Assembly: GCF_006345805.1 (NCBI RefSeq)
Contig: NC_043002.1
Location: 56,358,001-56,422,000 of the forward strand
Direction of reading: 5' to 3'
From: Octopus sinensis
Lineage: Eukaryota
DNA: 64,000 nt
Below, piece by piece: positions 1 to 13,070 of the stretch. The notes below the pieces were generated by a model. The model saw only the letters and a list, made by a program, of their open reading frames with translations, was not told the origin of the DNA and searched no databases. Every line of letters begins with the position of its first letter. The stretch's first letter is position 1. The position numbers and the translations under genes were made by a program.

Positions 1-659
1 TACCATCCAATAAACTTTAAGATTTCATGTAATTGACAGGACATTAAAATGTTTGAAATGAAGGACTTAGATGTTCACAAATGCCTCTAAAAACTAAGGT
101 TGTACTTGAAACTAAAACTGAACTGCAAGTCAAATCTTTGATGTTACCTAGAAAGCCCCACCTCCCTACACCTGGTCAACAAATGATTAAAGTTGCTAAA
201 TAGTAATAACTCTCTCTAATGTCCAATTTATTGTATACAATAAAAACATTATTTCCTGTCTGCCTCCACTTAACTCCAATGAACAGAGCAAGAGAGAGAT
301 ATTGTCCCTGCAAAAAGCTCAGATAACAGAAACAAATAACTAATGGAATTGAAAGAACAAAGAGAAGACAACTGAACCATACCACTGTTACTATTGGGAA
401 GAACAGAAATCATTATCATTATGACTGTAACTTCAGATGTGTTAACACTGCAGAGTTTAGAGATGGCTTAGAAAGGAAAGGTTAAACACTGAAATTTTGC
501 TTTGCTGGACCTTTTCAGAAAAACAAGATCAATTAAGTGTAACATTTCCTTTGCTGTTTGTTGGGTTGTGACCAGTCCCCCGTCCTCATTCTTCCCCGAA
601 AACTCTTACCAAATAACCAAGAGCCCTCCACAAACGTACTACTTCTATATTCTCTACAT

Positions 660-912
660 AATTAACTACTGAACTGGTTGGTCGTGGGGCTTCCAGACCC
701 GACAAGATACAAAACTTTGTTGACCACACTATATCTCCCATCACCATCAGTAAAAGCTATCATCCCTACACCAGTGAGATTCCTACATATCAAACCAGTC
801 ATTCTATCCATTTAGTACATTCTCATGCAGGTAGTAAACTGGGTCCCCCCACATATGAAAGGAGAGTAGTCTTAAGCCCAAAATACACGACCCAAAGACG
901 AAGCAGCTAATC
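660..912 (+). mobile_element. Possible ancient CR1/L2/Jockey-type LINE 3' remnant
   Basis: An ATG-less open frame of about 80 codons includes SYHPYTSEIPTYQTSH and GPPTY, resembling the C-terminal HPY..EIP / FP.TY motifs of these LINE ORF2s. Confidence 0.3.
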
Positions 913-2476
913 TAGAACTGTGCAGTGAGTGAAAACATGGCTTAATACTGCAGCAACTAACCTTTCCTGCTAAAAAGGGCATTTATTCTTGAGCTACCTT
1001 CGAGTTTCGTCTTAATCTGACCAAATAAGAGAGAGAAATAGCATTTTTGAGTTATGTATCTATTTTGGGTGCACACACACACACATTCTACATACGAATG
1101 CAGCCTAGATTCAACAGTACATTTGAGCTCAAAAGATAAACGCGGTGACAGTTTTGTGTATAAGATTTACAACCTAATTGGTTTTTGTGATATCTATTTT
1201 TATTTATGATATTAACTGAACAAATTGGAAAATATAATCGGAGGGATTTGGAATAATAAAGATATTTAAAAAAAAAAAGTCAAATGAAATTCTAGTGTTG
1301 TAACTTAAAATTCCTGAAATCAAAACAGGCTTAATTTCTCAGTCGCAATTGAATCAGGCGTTACAATAACATACTTTCTCTTTCATAATACCTTTTTAAA
1401 AACTGGAGTCAACAACTCGTTTATTTACTAACTAAAAAATAAAGCTTATGTACACCCCCCCCCCAATCCAGCCTTCCGGGAAAAAAAAAAAACATCAACC
1501 ATACGATGTTTAAAAAATCAGCAGTTTACGCAGGAAGGGAAGATTATTTAATTAACTGGTTCACCTTAGGGAATTCTATATAGAAATGAAAGCAGGATTA
1601 ATAGGTAAAATATAATATACGAGACACTAGTCGGAAGAGGATTACGAAAGAAAAAGTATGTTGTTCGGATAAAGATTTTGAAAACATGAGGAAGAGGCAA
1701 CAGAAAGCCTAACTGCTTACCGATTCTACAGTTAGTTCCTCTCCTTGGAAAGGAAGTTTAGTAAATAAGTTGAAAGCCCTATTGACATATACAAGGTGCG
1801 TGGATAATCTAAACATACATCTTTTGATGACTTAACCAGAATGAAAGGGATATCCTCGTTAAGTTTTTGTTACTTAACAGTCAAACCCAACAATAGAGCT
1901 AAGTTTCCTGCAATTATACAAAGACATACAACCAAGTTAATGGATAAAATACCGAAACAAAAAATAAATATGTAGGTTTGTTTATACGATGGTACTTTTA
2001 CAATTGTATTGTTATATATATATATATAATGAGAAACAACTTAAGTAATATCAAAAGTTTTATTCATGAATAATAAAGTTTAAAAAAAAGTGGACCAATT
2101 TAGGAGAAAGGGAAAAAATAACACCTAGAAGCATCTAAACATTTTTGGTTTGTTCTGTTATTAATTCGTTGTTCTACCTAAAAGGAGAGCTGATTAACTA
2201 ATTTAAACTAACAAAGTTAATATACCTGAAACACAATGCAATGTTACAATTATCTAATAAACTTAAAAACAAATATCAATACTATCGTCATTGCAACAGG
2301 GTGAGAAAGAATAGACTCATTATATATACATATACAATATACATTGTATATACATACATACATATACAGGGGTTAAAAAAAAGAGGGGGGAATTGAAGTT
2401 TAATCTGGAAGAAGTATTTCTCCTCCCCTCGCCACGACACATTATATAAAATGCACATATATATCTATATATGCAT

Positions 2477-2507
<31 letters not shown>

Positions 2508-4988
2508 CACATAGAAATGGAGACACACACATGGACCCGAGTGTTGTGTGTTGACGGAATCAAGGGTTGATCTTTCCCTTTGTAAACAAAGTCCTTAACA
2601 TTCGACACCTGAAGATCTTCAGTCAGTAATTAAGTAGTCTATGTTTTAATTAAGCTTGTTATTTTTTCTTCTTCAATGGCAGTTAATAATATAACAGTAC
2701 AAGTTAGTTGATAAAGAGATGTTTTATATTTGCTTGTTTTCTTCATATAGACACATGATGGATGAAAGTGATGGATAAATGACGAGAAAATAATAAAAGG
2801 GGTGGGCGGGGAGATAAAAATTAAAGATTTAAGATTCTACAAGAGGGTGAGTAGAGGAATTTATGACGTTCATGCCGTTACCTTTGATAAAGACATTAGC
2901 GACGAGAGTGAAATTAATTGCTTCAAACCCTGAACCAAGAAATTGAGGATCGCAAACTGGGACACGGCCTGAAGCTCACCCAATACTCTACAGCGCTCGC
3001 CATAAAAAACAATAACTCAGAAGAAGTGGAAATTACAGAATTGGAGTATAATTGGACTAATTGTAATTAATAAAAAAAAAACAAAAACAGAACCTATAAT
3101 GGTACATGACAAAGTAAATATATATATACACAGCTACCACAGAGCACATTACTCACTGCATGTGGTCATTAAATAACCAAGACAGAGCCTAGCAGACAGC
3201 ATTTTTAACGAAATAAAAAAAGTAATACATCATCCCTTCCTGTTTTTTTTTATTTGTAAAAATGCAGAGGAGGAAAAAAAAATTAATGTCCACACAGTGT
3301 CCAGATTAGCTTGAAATGAATGAGTTGATATTTAGTTTGTATTGCATAATTTTTTTTAAAGATTTTTGGAGGGGGTATTTTATCATTTTTTTGTTGTGCT
3401 TTTGGATTTTTTAAATATTTACTCTTTCTAAAAAAATCTATTTACATCAGCAAAAAAAAAAAAAAAATTCACGGAAGATCATAAACTCCCGCTTTTTTTT
3501 TCCTTGAAGTTGGAGGGGGGAATTTTTTCTTTAATAATTTTTTTTTAAATCTTAAATTCTTTCTTTCTTTCTCAGTATTCAAAATTACCTTAGAATATTC
3601 TCACTAAAAACCCAATTTTCCCTTCCCTGTATTTTAACTTTTTCCTGTTTAATTTGTTTTTAAGGAATGTGGTTAGTGAAGATGTGTTAACATCGTCCCT
3701 TAAACATGATAATAATAATGCAGAGATAGATAAAACTTTTAGAAAGAAATGAGAGCAGTAACACAAAAAAAGAGAGTAAATCCTAAGAAGACATCTAAAT
3801 GAATATTTCCTATATTTGGTGGTGGTGGTGGATGAGGTTGGAGTCCATTTGGTAAGAAACAACACGAGTCTGTAGACAAAGGCAGGTCGGATGCAGATGC
3901 TGCACTTGAGAGAAAGAGAGACAGAGATGATAATAATAATAAAAGTAATCAGAAATAATATGATGGCCAACAATGATCGACCGGACAATACACTTTCTCT
4001 TGTCGGTGAAAAAAAAAAAAAAAAAAAAATGTAGTCTATATTTGCAATTATTGTTATTATTTTCAAGTCACTGGATTCAATGTTCACAGAAAAAAACAAA
4101 CAATTTTGATTACTGCAGAAGTCTTACGCTTAAGCTCATTCCAATTGACTTTCGTCAACAATTTGGTATATCTTTGGGGTTTTTTCTTCCTTCCATTTTT
4201 GCTGCGAGTTGTTATTTTTCATTAAATCCAGTCTTGACCCTTTGGCTGTTTGTTTCATTTTTTGGCTGAACAAGGGGGTAATAGTGATGATCAAAAGCTT
4301 ACTAACTAGATACAGATTAATTAAAAAAAAAAAAAAAAAAAGACTAGAAATAATTTGAGCCAAGGTGAAAAGTAATGCCCATAAAAAAACGGACTGTTGA
4401 CTCAAAGCATTTCAGCCAGTTTAAAGTAAAACTAAGAGGAAAGTAAGAAACAAAAATAATGGTGACTTGGTTGTTAGCAAAGGGAGAGGATAGAAAGAAA
4501 AGGTAGACTTCAAGGATGGAAAAATTGGTGAAGAACAAACGAAAAAACATTGAAATACACAATGTTTTCATTTCCCCTTCACACTTTAAAAAATGAACGA
4601 AGAGGTTAAGATGAAGACGACGACAGAGTTCTATAGTTTTGGGGTTCTTTTTTTGTCAAAAAATAAATTAGGTTTTCTTCTGAAGGAGAGAGAGAGAATG
4701 AAAGATCTTATTTTTCTGACCACCACCCCGCCAAAGACATCTTTAAAGTTTGTTTTACAACTTTTTTTTTGTTTCTTAAATCTTAAAAAGATGATTTACC
4801 TCAAGTGTTGTTTTGCCAAGATGTTTGTTTATATTATTTTTTTTTAAATTATTCAGTTAAGAATTAGAGGGAAAAAAAAAGTTTTTTTTTTACCAAATGA
4901 ATTCGAGAAAGAAAAAGGAATTATTTTTTTTATACCCCCCGCCTTTTTTTGTGAGTGTTAATATCTCTCAAGTCTCTCTCTTCATCCT

Positions 4989-5663
4989 TCATTCGTCATC
5001 TTCTTCATCTCCCTCTTCATCATCTTCGTCGTCCATCTCTTCCTCCTCGACATCTTCCCCATACCCAACCACGCCAGCTTCTATCTTTGTTCTTTTTTCC
5101 TCGGGACCGCCGTCAAGCATCACAACACCCCCTTGTCGCTTTCGGTACTCAGCCATAGCGATTTCATATTTCTTGGCTTCTTCCTGACTTTTTATCTCAA
5201 AGGGTTTCTTTTGTTCGTCCGTCATGTTTCGCCACTGTTCCCCCGCCTTCCGCAGAATGTCTTTGTGGTCAAGTTTACCCTGCATCATTTTCCGGAACTC
5301 GGCCAAGAATAGAAAATACGAAGTCTGCGGCCGTTTTGGCTTGTTAGGATCGACCATATCTTTGCCTTTGTACTGAGCCATTTCGCGGTCATATCGTGCC
5401 TTGTCCAGAGCGGCTTTTTCTTCGAACGGTTTTTTTTCCATAGCTGTAAAATTCCTCCATCTTGCAGAGCATTCTTTGGTAAACTCCGTAACTTTGGTAA
5501 TTTGGGTCCCAGCTCTTGCCGCCTGTTCCCTGCAACTGGCCATAAAATAGAAATACGCCGATGTGGACCTCTTTGGCTTATTAGCGTCTTGCAAGCGCTT
5601 TTTCCGCCGCGGAGGTTCCACAACATTCATCCGCGCCATTTCCGTGTAACTGTAAGTGTTCAT
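4989..5663 (-). CDS. HMGB: High-mobility-group B (HMGB1/2-like) protein, 224 aa, uninterrupted CDS
   Basis: Two HMG boxes (KPKRSTSAYFYFMASCRE...KECSARWR...KARYDREM; DPNKPKRPQTSYFLFLAEFR...AGEQWRNM...KKPFE...KKYEIAMAEY) followed by a D/E-rich acidic tail. The true start may be a downstream Met (MARMN at 5639). Confidence 0.97.
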   Translation of the reverse strand: MNTYSYTEMARMNVVEPPRRKKRLQDANKPKRSTSAYFYFMASCREQAARAGTQITKVTEFTKECSARWRNFTAMEKKPFEEKAALDKARYDREMAQYKGKDMVDPNKPKRPQTSYFLFLAEFRKMMQGKLDHKDILRKAGEQWRNMTDEQKKPFEIKSQEEAKKYEIAMAEYRKRQGGVVMLDGGPEEKRTKIEAGVVGYGEDVEEEEMDDEDDEEGDEEDDE

Positions 5664-5744
5664 TGTTCCTTGCTTTGGTGGCGGTTTAACTTCCTCACAA
5701 TATTACTTATCTCCCTTCTCAAGAAGGAAATAGATGCCGTCAAA

Positions 5745-5885
5745 TTTCGGAAACTTCCGGAATAATTCGTCCAGACTCGAGAACTTCCGCAACTACCCGG
5801 ATGCTCTTATTTTAACTTTCGGTAACTTCCGTTAATGTCCGGACGTTAACGAAGATGCTTACTGGTAGTTATGCGCCTGCGCTCT
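5745..5885. promoter_or_regulatory. Housekeeping-type promoter: ETS (CCGGAAGT-like) cluster and NRF1-like site
   Basis: ACTTCCGG 5753-5760, ACTTCCGC 5783-5790, ACTTCCGT 5825-5832 and TGCGCCTGCGC 5872-5882. The stretch is CpG-rich against an AT-rich background and lies just upstream of the HMGB ATG. Confidence 0.65.
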
Positions 5886-5986
5886 CCCTTACCTTTTTCG
5901 GTCCCGCCGACAGAGCAAGTGAGCGGTGGACGGCCGGTTGAAGTAATAATATATATATATATATAGAGAGAGAGAGAGTCACTTAC

Positions 5987-6120
5987 CTAAGTGAGTGAGG
6001 GTGGTTAATGCCTGAGTGAGGGAGTGAGTGAGAGAGATGGAGAAGAGTGAGTATATCCAACCAACGACCAAGATAATGTGACCGACGGAGAAAAACTCTT
6101 GTGTGGCGTTTTTTCACTTC
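5987..6120 (-). other. Candidate non-coding 5' UTR exon of HMGB
   Basis: Consensus donor TTAG|GTAAGT on the minus strand at 5986 follows a pyrimidine-rich UTR-like tract. A second donor AG|GTAAGG lies at 5892, and a possible acceptor CTTACAG| at 5650. The 5' boundary is a guess. Confidence 0.5.
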
Positions 6121-6489
6121 AGATTATTAGTTTTTTTTTTATTTTAAAACAACTTAATGGAATTAATTTTACTCACTTGATTTTTTTTTTAAAGTGATTG
6201 AGTATTCATTCATTCCTCCAATGTTTCTTGTAGCTGGCAAGCAACCAAAAAAACTATGGCGCATTTCGAATGGTGAAACATTTATTACATATTTTTCATA
6301 AAATTGAAGTGATTTTCGATAACTTTTTTTTAAAGCTTAAACTTAATATATTTAATCCTTTTTATATATTTTTTTCCGTAATTCAAATTCTCTTTTCTCT
6401 TTTTCTTTGTAAATTGCTCCTAGTTTTGGTTTCGTCTTTTTTTCCTTCCTGTGTCGCTGTTTGTTTTAAAAAAAATCCTGTCGATATAC

Positions 6490-7483
6490 ACTGGCTGTTA
6501 TGAAGAGAAAATTGGCGCTTGATGAAGAAGGAGCTGGCGGGTTTTTCTTGTGATGGTGGCGGTGTAAGCAAGCAATACTGTGGTGTGCAAACGGTAGTGG
6601 CGGCGGTGATGTAGTAATGGACTGTACCAAAATGATGGTGGTGGTGACGAATTGTGGTGGAGGTAGGAGTTAGTGGTGGTGATGGTGGTGGCAGCTGGTC
6701 GGCTGCTGTACACGGCGCTCTCTGCTATTGCTGCTTATAGTGGCGGCTCTAGATATTGTACTGCTGTATGCCTGCTTACTTCTTCTAGTGGTGGTAGTAG
6801 CAGCGGTGGCGGCGGCAGTAGCGTAGTAATATTAATGTTAATACCACTACTACTACTACTGCTGTTGTTGCCCACTGCTACACTTAGCGAGGAGATGGTG
6901 GCGGCGACGACAGCGGTGATGGGCGATGTCGCGCTCGCGCGTATCTACGCCTTGTACTACATGCACGAAGGTTGTGGTGGCGGTGGATGGATGCGTGCGC
7001 GCGCGTATCGTTTATATCGTTGCTGCTACATAAGCTAAGGCGATGGTGGTGGTTGGGCTGATGTACTTGCTATACTACCTCTCACTGCTACCCCTTCACT
7101 GCTGCCTTTATTACATACTTGAAACAGTCCTACTTTCATCTCCCCCTCTCTCACTCAGTAGCACCCTTTCGGTTTTGCCTCTTTCTCCTCTCACTATATC
7201 ACAAGGGAGAACGGAGAGATTGGCTCACCCCTCTCTCTTTGTCTCTATTTTACTCGCTCACTCTCTCTATATATTTATGTCTTCTATGAAACATAGTTTT
7301 CAATCTGAACGGCCTATTAAAATAAAAGGGACTTCGTTGTGTATGTTTGTTCCACAGAGACACGGCATCGGTTGGTTAATAGTATTGAAGGAGGAGGAGG
7401 AAAGAGGTAAGATACGAATGAAGGGGAGTAGGCTCGATAGGAAGATGTACAATACTGGGGGCGGAGGCGTAGTAAGAAAAACG
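6490..7483 (+). other. CpG/GC-rich candidate first exon of a divergent plus-strand transcript
   Basis: GGC/GGT-rich and CpG-rich stretch ending in a consensus donor ACG|GTAAGT at 7483/7484. A short in-frame peptide MKGSRLDRKMYNTGGGGVVRKT (7418-7483, phase 0) matches no protein I recognise. Confidence 0.35.
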
Positions 7484-9084
7484 GTAAGTTGAATTAGGGA
7501 GTGGGAACGGATTGCCTTGTGAGTTAGTAATTACACTTTGTTGTGAAAGGCCGAGGAAGGGGAGGAAATGTAGCAAAGATGATGGAAGGTGGTGGGGAAT
7601 GAAGCTAGAAATTTTGTTTTGATTTATTTATTCTCATTGTTTGGTTTTGTGTTTTTTTTCTCTGCATCTCTATTATTATTATTTTAAAATATTTTTTCTA
7701 TTAAAATCGTTACATATGACGCCATAATTTCACCGATGATGATCTGAAAAAGGCGAATACGATAATACTGCTCGCTTAAAAACACTTTAGTTCATTTGGC
7801 AGTTTCGTGAAGCGAAAAAACTTGTTTACTTCGATTTTTTTGGTCTAAGATCATTAATAACGCTCTATAGCCAATTCTTTCTTCAACTCGTTACTCTTCT
7901 TTAGTTCTTTAATTCACCACACTATATAAATATATATATATATACATACATATACACACGTGTGTGTATATGTATGTATACATTTATTCTGTCCTAATGT
8001 GAACAATGTCTTTTACTGAACGAGTGTCAATTTGTGGATGAAGTGTTTTAAGCTTGAGCAGCACGTGTGTTCAAATTTACAATGACTGACGGTGACTTTT
8101 AGTATAAATAGATTTACCTATAAACGAATCTCCTATAGTTTATTTGATTTTCTTCAACATTCAATTTTTAGTTACAAAATATTTAGAAATAAGGGTAAAG
8201 AAAAAAAAAGATAAACAACGTCAGTGAAGAATATAAATAAATTTTTTATTTTGACAGTTGATTAGGGGAGAAACAAAAAAACAAATAGTATTATTTTTCG
8301 TAATTAAATTATCGGTAGTAGGAAATATTAATATTTTGTATTCAGTAACTTGCACTTTTACGAACGATCTTGCTCTCTGTAGACAAAACTTAAGAATTAG
8401 TCTTTTGTTTCAGACCTACCCTATATATATATTTATATAATGTGTATATATATATTTACGTGTATGTATAATGTATGTGGACTACAATGTGCGTTTGAGT
8501 ATATATTTATTTATGTATATTCATTCATATTACATATGTATGGTTGTTTGAAGTTATTTTTTAATGAATTTCTCGTTCTGTGTATTTTTTCTTCACCTGT
8601 ATATATTGTGATAAAGAAGTGTCGATAGAGGAAGGTGTCGAGGGTGGTTTATAGATTTGAAAAATGGTAAAAAAAAAACCGTTAAAAGGAAGGGAGGCAA
8701 TAAGAGAAAATCCTCCAGAGAACATCACTTTGTATATTGTGTTAGATATTTTAATTCAGACATTTGTTCCCCTTAGACTTTGCCTTTATTCTATGGCTAA
8801 ATCAACGATAAACAAGCTAAACACGCTAATTCTAAATTTACTACGAACCCTTTTGCCAAAAAAAAAAAAAAAATTGTCTCAGGTGCTCATTTCTAAACAA
8901 AGAAACCTACCCAGTGCTTATTTCTGTGTCTTTAAGAGAATTTTGTAATTTTATTCTTTTGAATTTAGATTTTTTTGTTAATTTATAATCATTCGCTTTA
9001 GCTAAAAAAAATTATAAATAAACACTTTCCTTTCTCTTTAATATAGTTGAAAAATACAAGTGGGAAGAGTAAAACTATAACAGA

Positions 9085-9232
9085 TTATAGCTGGCAGTAA
9101 TTTTTAAATATGTTGATTTGTCCATTGTCAGCATCTCTTAAATTATATACACTTATATTATCATTATATATCATCTTAGAACTGTGTCCGTCCATAAGCC
9201 AAGTTGATTGTGTTTCCAGTGAATATGCTGTG
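9085..9232 (-). CDS. Candidate terminal coding exon of the same gene (TAYSLETQSTWLMDGH...KNYCQL*)
   Basis: Acceptor CCGCCTTATCTCAG| in phase 2, matching the previous exon. It gives 48 open codons to TAA at 9085-9087, with a minus-strand AATAAA near 8950. Confidence 0.5.
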
Positions 9233-10957
9233 CTGAGATAAGGCGGTTTGTTGGCATAAATACCATACATACAGAGAAAAATCAGACACACACACACAAA
9301 GTGCGTATTACCGCCCGCCGCTGTCCTCAACCTGCCATCCTTATCGATCCATACAAAGCAATATTCCTAGTCACCTTCAAAACTTGGCATATCATTATGC
9401 AATTTTACCATTATTTCTTACAATGGCCAACTTTTTTTTGCCATTCTCTCTCTATACAAGTGTTTTGGCTTAACAAAGTGAGAAAAAAAATAAATAAAAA
9501 GAATATATTTTGAAATTTAAACATTATTTTAGTGGAAAATGTAAAATTCGTTTATATTTATAAACACATGATTTTTGATATAAATATATTTGATCAAATA
9601 GAAAACTTTTCGAATCTCAGGAGATGCAGTGTCTAAACCGCTTTTATACATGGCGTAGCTTTGTGAGTGTGTGCATGTGTGCACGCGTGTATGTATGTGC
9701 GCGTGCGTAAATGTGTGGGGGGGTTTATTTTCTTAATATCATAAGATTCTCATTTAATATATATAACAAAAAAAATATGTATATACAACCAAGCCAAAAG
9801 TTGGGCAGTCGATTTTTGGCCGTGATCGGATTGTGTGCGACAGGCTTTCATTCTTCATTCTGACCTTGTTTTCGCTGCTGCTGCTGCTCCACATAGAAAA
9901 ATGGATGGCTATGGCAGCAGCAACACACACTCGCCAGACTTGTGATACATACATACATATCACGCACTTAACTCTAAGCAAGCTTTTCTTCAGGACCTTC
10001 CAACAATTTGATCATCTTTAAATAAACTTGCTTTACCTTATTACCTCAAATCATAATATACAAGCTAATTTTTTTTTCTTAATGTTATTTAAACTTATTG
10101 ATACTAATAATAGTAATTCTTTCTAATTTCGGTACAAGACCAGCAATTCTAGTGAAAGAATGTAAAGCTGAGTATATCGACCACAGTATTTGACTGGTAT
10201 TATATTTCATTAACTTCTAAAGAATAAAAAGGCAAAATTGATCTCGGCGTGATTTGAACTCGAAACGTAAAGATCCCGAAGAAATGGCGCTAAGCATTTT
10301 GTCCGACACGCAAACGACTCGACTAACTCACCGGCTTACTACTGCTACAACCACTAATAGTAATAGGCTAAAAATACATTAGCGCGTCGGACAAAATTAC
10401 TTAACGGTATTTCTTCCGACTCTTTGTGATCTGAGTTCAAATCCCGCTGGGACCAAATCTGACTTTCATCTTTCGGGGTCGGTGTAAACGACTAGCTCCT
10501 GTCCCACAAAATTTCAGGCCTTATGCCTACACTAGAAAGTATTGTTTTTTTTCTTTTCTTTCTCTTCCTAATTAATTACTTAAGTCAACAGTTCTTCTCA
10601 TATACAGGGAAGAAAAAATTTAAGTAGCACTTTTTTTTTTTGGAGGGAGGCATTAAATTCCTGAAAAATAAAAATCTTTGGCCTAGTTGAATTAAATGCA
10701 GCCAATTTTTTTTTTTTTAGATTTGAGAATTTAACTTTTGCTTATCTAGCTTCCCATCCAGGATAAGATTTCTGTTGGATTCACAGCTATTTAGTAGTTC
10801 TCAAGTGTGTTGTGGTATTTCTTTTACAAATAAGTTAAATTTTTCTTTCAATGTCAGTGATTGGTACCATAGTGTGAATGGTGTTTTAATTTTGTGTCTG
10901 AAAAAGTTGTTGAAATTTTATAAATGCTGTTTTACTGGTGTATAAGAGTAATCTTAC

Positions 10958-10998
10958 TTGATTTCAACTGACTGGGATGTGACATATATGGGGCAAGG
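10958..10998 (-). CDS. 41-nt coding exon of the same gene (PCPIYVTSQSVEI-)
   Basis: Acceptor TTTTACCCTTCATGGTTTTAG| and donor AA|GTAAGA. It is open in phase 0, as the preceding exon requires, and ends in phase 2. Confidence 0.55.
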
Positions 10999-11756
10999 CT
11001 AAAACCATGAAGGGTAAAAATTTCATATTAAGATTTAACACTAAATTAAGGGTGCAACTTATAGACAAATGCCACTCATACATAAGTAATTCTAGTAACT
11101 CTAGACTTATGTGTGTGCAATCTTATTAAAGAGATATAAATTTTGGCTTCAGAAAATCACTAAAAATAATCATTATCATTTTAATGTCCACTTTTCCTTG
11201 TTTGCATGGGTCAGAGGCGAGTTTTTTACAGTTGGATGCCCTTCCTGTCACCAACACTCATATGTATCCAAGTTAGGTAATATTTCTCCATCACCAGACA
11301 TGTTTCAACAAGTAATTGGAAGCAACAGATAACACTTGCATAACAATGAGCTGGCTGGAACATTAGCATGCCGGGCGAAATGCTTAGCAGTATTTCATCT
11401 GCTGCTACATTCTGAGTTCAAATTCTGCCATGGTCGACTTTGCTGTTCATCCTTTCGGGGTCGATAAATTAAGCACCAGTTGCATACTGGGGTTGATCTC
11501 CCCCAAAATTTCGGGCCTTGTGCTTAGAGTAGAAAAGGATACTGACACTTGTGCGTGCACACACACTGATAGGCTTCCTTCAGTTTCTATCTGCCAAATC
11601 CATTCACAAGTCTTTGGTCAATTCTGGCCTATAGTAGAAGACACTTGCCAAAAGTGCCATGCAGTGGGATTGTACCTGAAGCATCATAGTTGGGAAACTA
11701 GGCTTCTCAACCATCCCGCCATGCCTGCTGTGCCTATATAATAAGATAAATCTTAC

Positions 11757-12301
11757 ATGGTTAAAATTTCCTGACAATCTGGTGTCTATTCTTAAAAGCT
11801 GTAGTGGTGTTAAAATGAAAGCCAGTCGTGATTCAGTTCCATAAATGAAAAAGATTTCGAAAGTTTGAACTGGTTCAGTTTGTATCAGTGCTGAGAATAA
11901 TAAATCTCCTACTGGACAAGATTTTAGTCTACTCCAGGTCACATTTCCTGTGACAGAATTGGACTTGGCACTACAAGCTGACAAATCAGTTGTCAATTCA
12001 GCATTGCTACCATGACCTACAAATGGTAAATTATTAATAATGTTGAGAGTTTCAACCTGCAAACACAACCTAGAGCTGCTGATGTGGTAATCAATCAACT
12101 GCCAGTTTCTTGACTGGCTCTTTGGCATTCTGCTGAGATGGACAAGTTCTGCTCCTTTTGTTAAAATAAGAGTGTGAAAATGATTAGAATAAATAATTTG
12201 AAGCTCAGTGTAGAAAATAGCAATGCAGAAATATTGAGATAAGCTGCCTTTGTTATGAAATTTTGATTGAAGGTTTGGAATGAGGGACAGTCTCAGATTG
12301 C
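11757..12301 (-). CDS. Internal coding exon of an uncharacterised protein-coding gene
   Basis: Acceptor CTCTTTTGATAG| (phase 1) and donor CAT|GTAAGA (phase 0). The 545 nt equal 2 nt plus 181 stop-free codons of non-repetitive protein (NLRLSLIPNL...DTRLSGNFNH), which is unlikely by chance in AT-rich DNA. Confidence 0.78.
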
Positions 12302-12717
12302 CTATCAAAAGAGTTTAATAGAATAATTTAATAAAATACCTCTGTTATTATTAAGCTAGTGTTTCAAATATCAATTTATGGGAAAGTTTTTAATTCACTT
12401 TAAAACAGGAAGTTTGTATCCTAGAACCAAGAGTGGTCTCAGGTGGGTTGGTAGCAAAAGAATTCAGAAATATCAATCTTGATTATTTAAAAGAAATTCC
12501 TGCAGAATATTTGAAATTCTGCATGTGGATTGAGAAGTTTTATATTACTACTTGTAATAGTTTTGTGGAGGCAAGGATCAACTCAAACTAGATTATTTTA
12601 TTTTTTCCCAAAATGTTTAATTTGATTAACTGTCTGAGATTTTGTTGTTAACATTTAAGTGCAATAAATTGATTAAAATTCTATGATACACAAAATATTT
12701 TAACAATTTTTTTATAG

Positions 12718-13070
12718 GCACAGGAGTGGCTGTGTGGTAAATGGCTTTCTTACCAATCACATGGACCCAGGTTTGGTCCCACTGTGTGACACCTTGGCCA
12801 AGTGTCTTCTATATCCTTGGGCTGACCAAAGCTTTGTGAGTGGATTTTGTAGACGGAAACTGAGAGAAGCCTGTCATATATATATGTTTGTGTGTCTCTT
12901 TGTCCCCCAACATCGCTTGACAACCGATGGTGGTGTGTCTACATACCTGTAGCTTAGCAGTTTGGCAAAAGAGACCAATGCCTACAAAGAATAAGTCCTG
13001 GGGTCAATTTGTTTGAGTAAAGGCAATGCTCCAGTGTGGCTGCAGTGAAATAACTGAAACAAAAATAAAA
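12718..13070 (+). mobile_element. tRNA-derived SINE family B (CORE/V-like CCTTGG.CAAGTGTCTT motif)
   Basis: GGCTGTGTGGTAA...GGTTC.GT.CCACTG...CCTTGGCCAAGTGTCTT...GACGGAAACTG...GAAACAA. Other copies lie at about 11565, 17790, 20140, 35100, 40745, 41605, 50845, 51625, 53885, 61915, 62490, 63070 and 63830. Confidence 0.88.

Noticed and set aside
610-917. Minus-strand exon-like segment with good splice sites
   Set aside because: Stops in all three frames, and the opposite strand is better explained as a LINE remnant.
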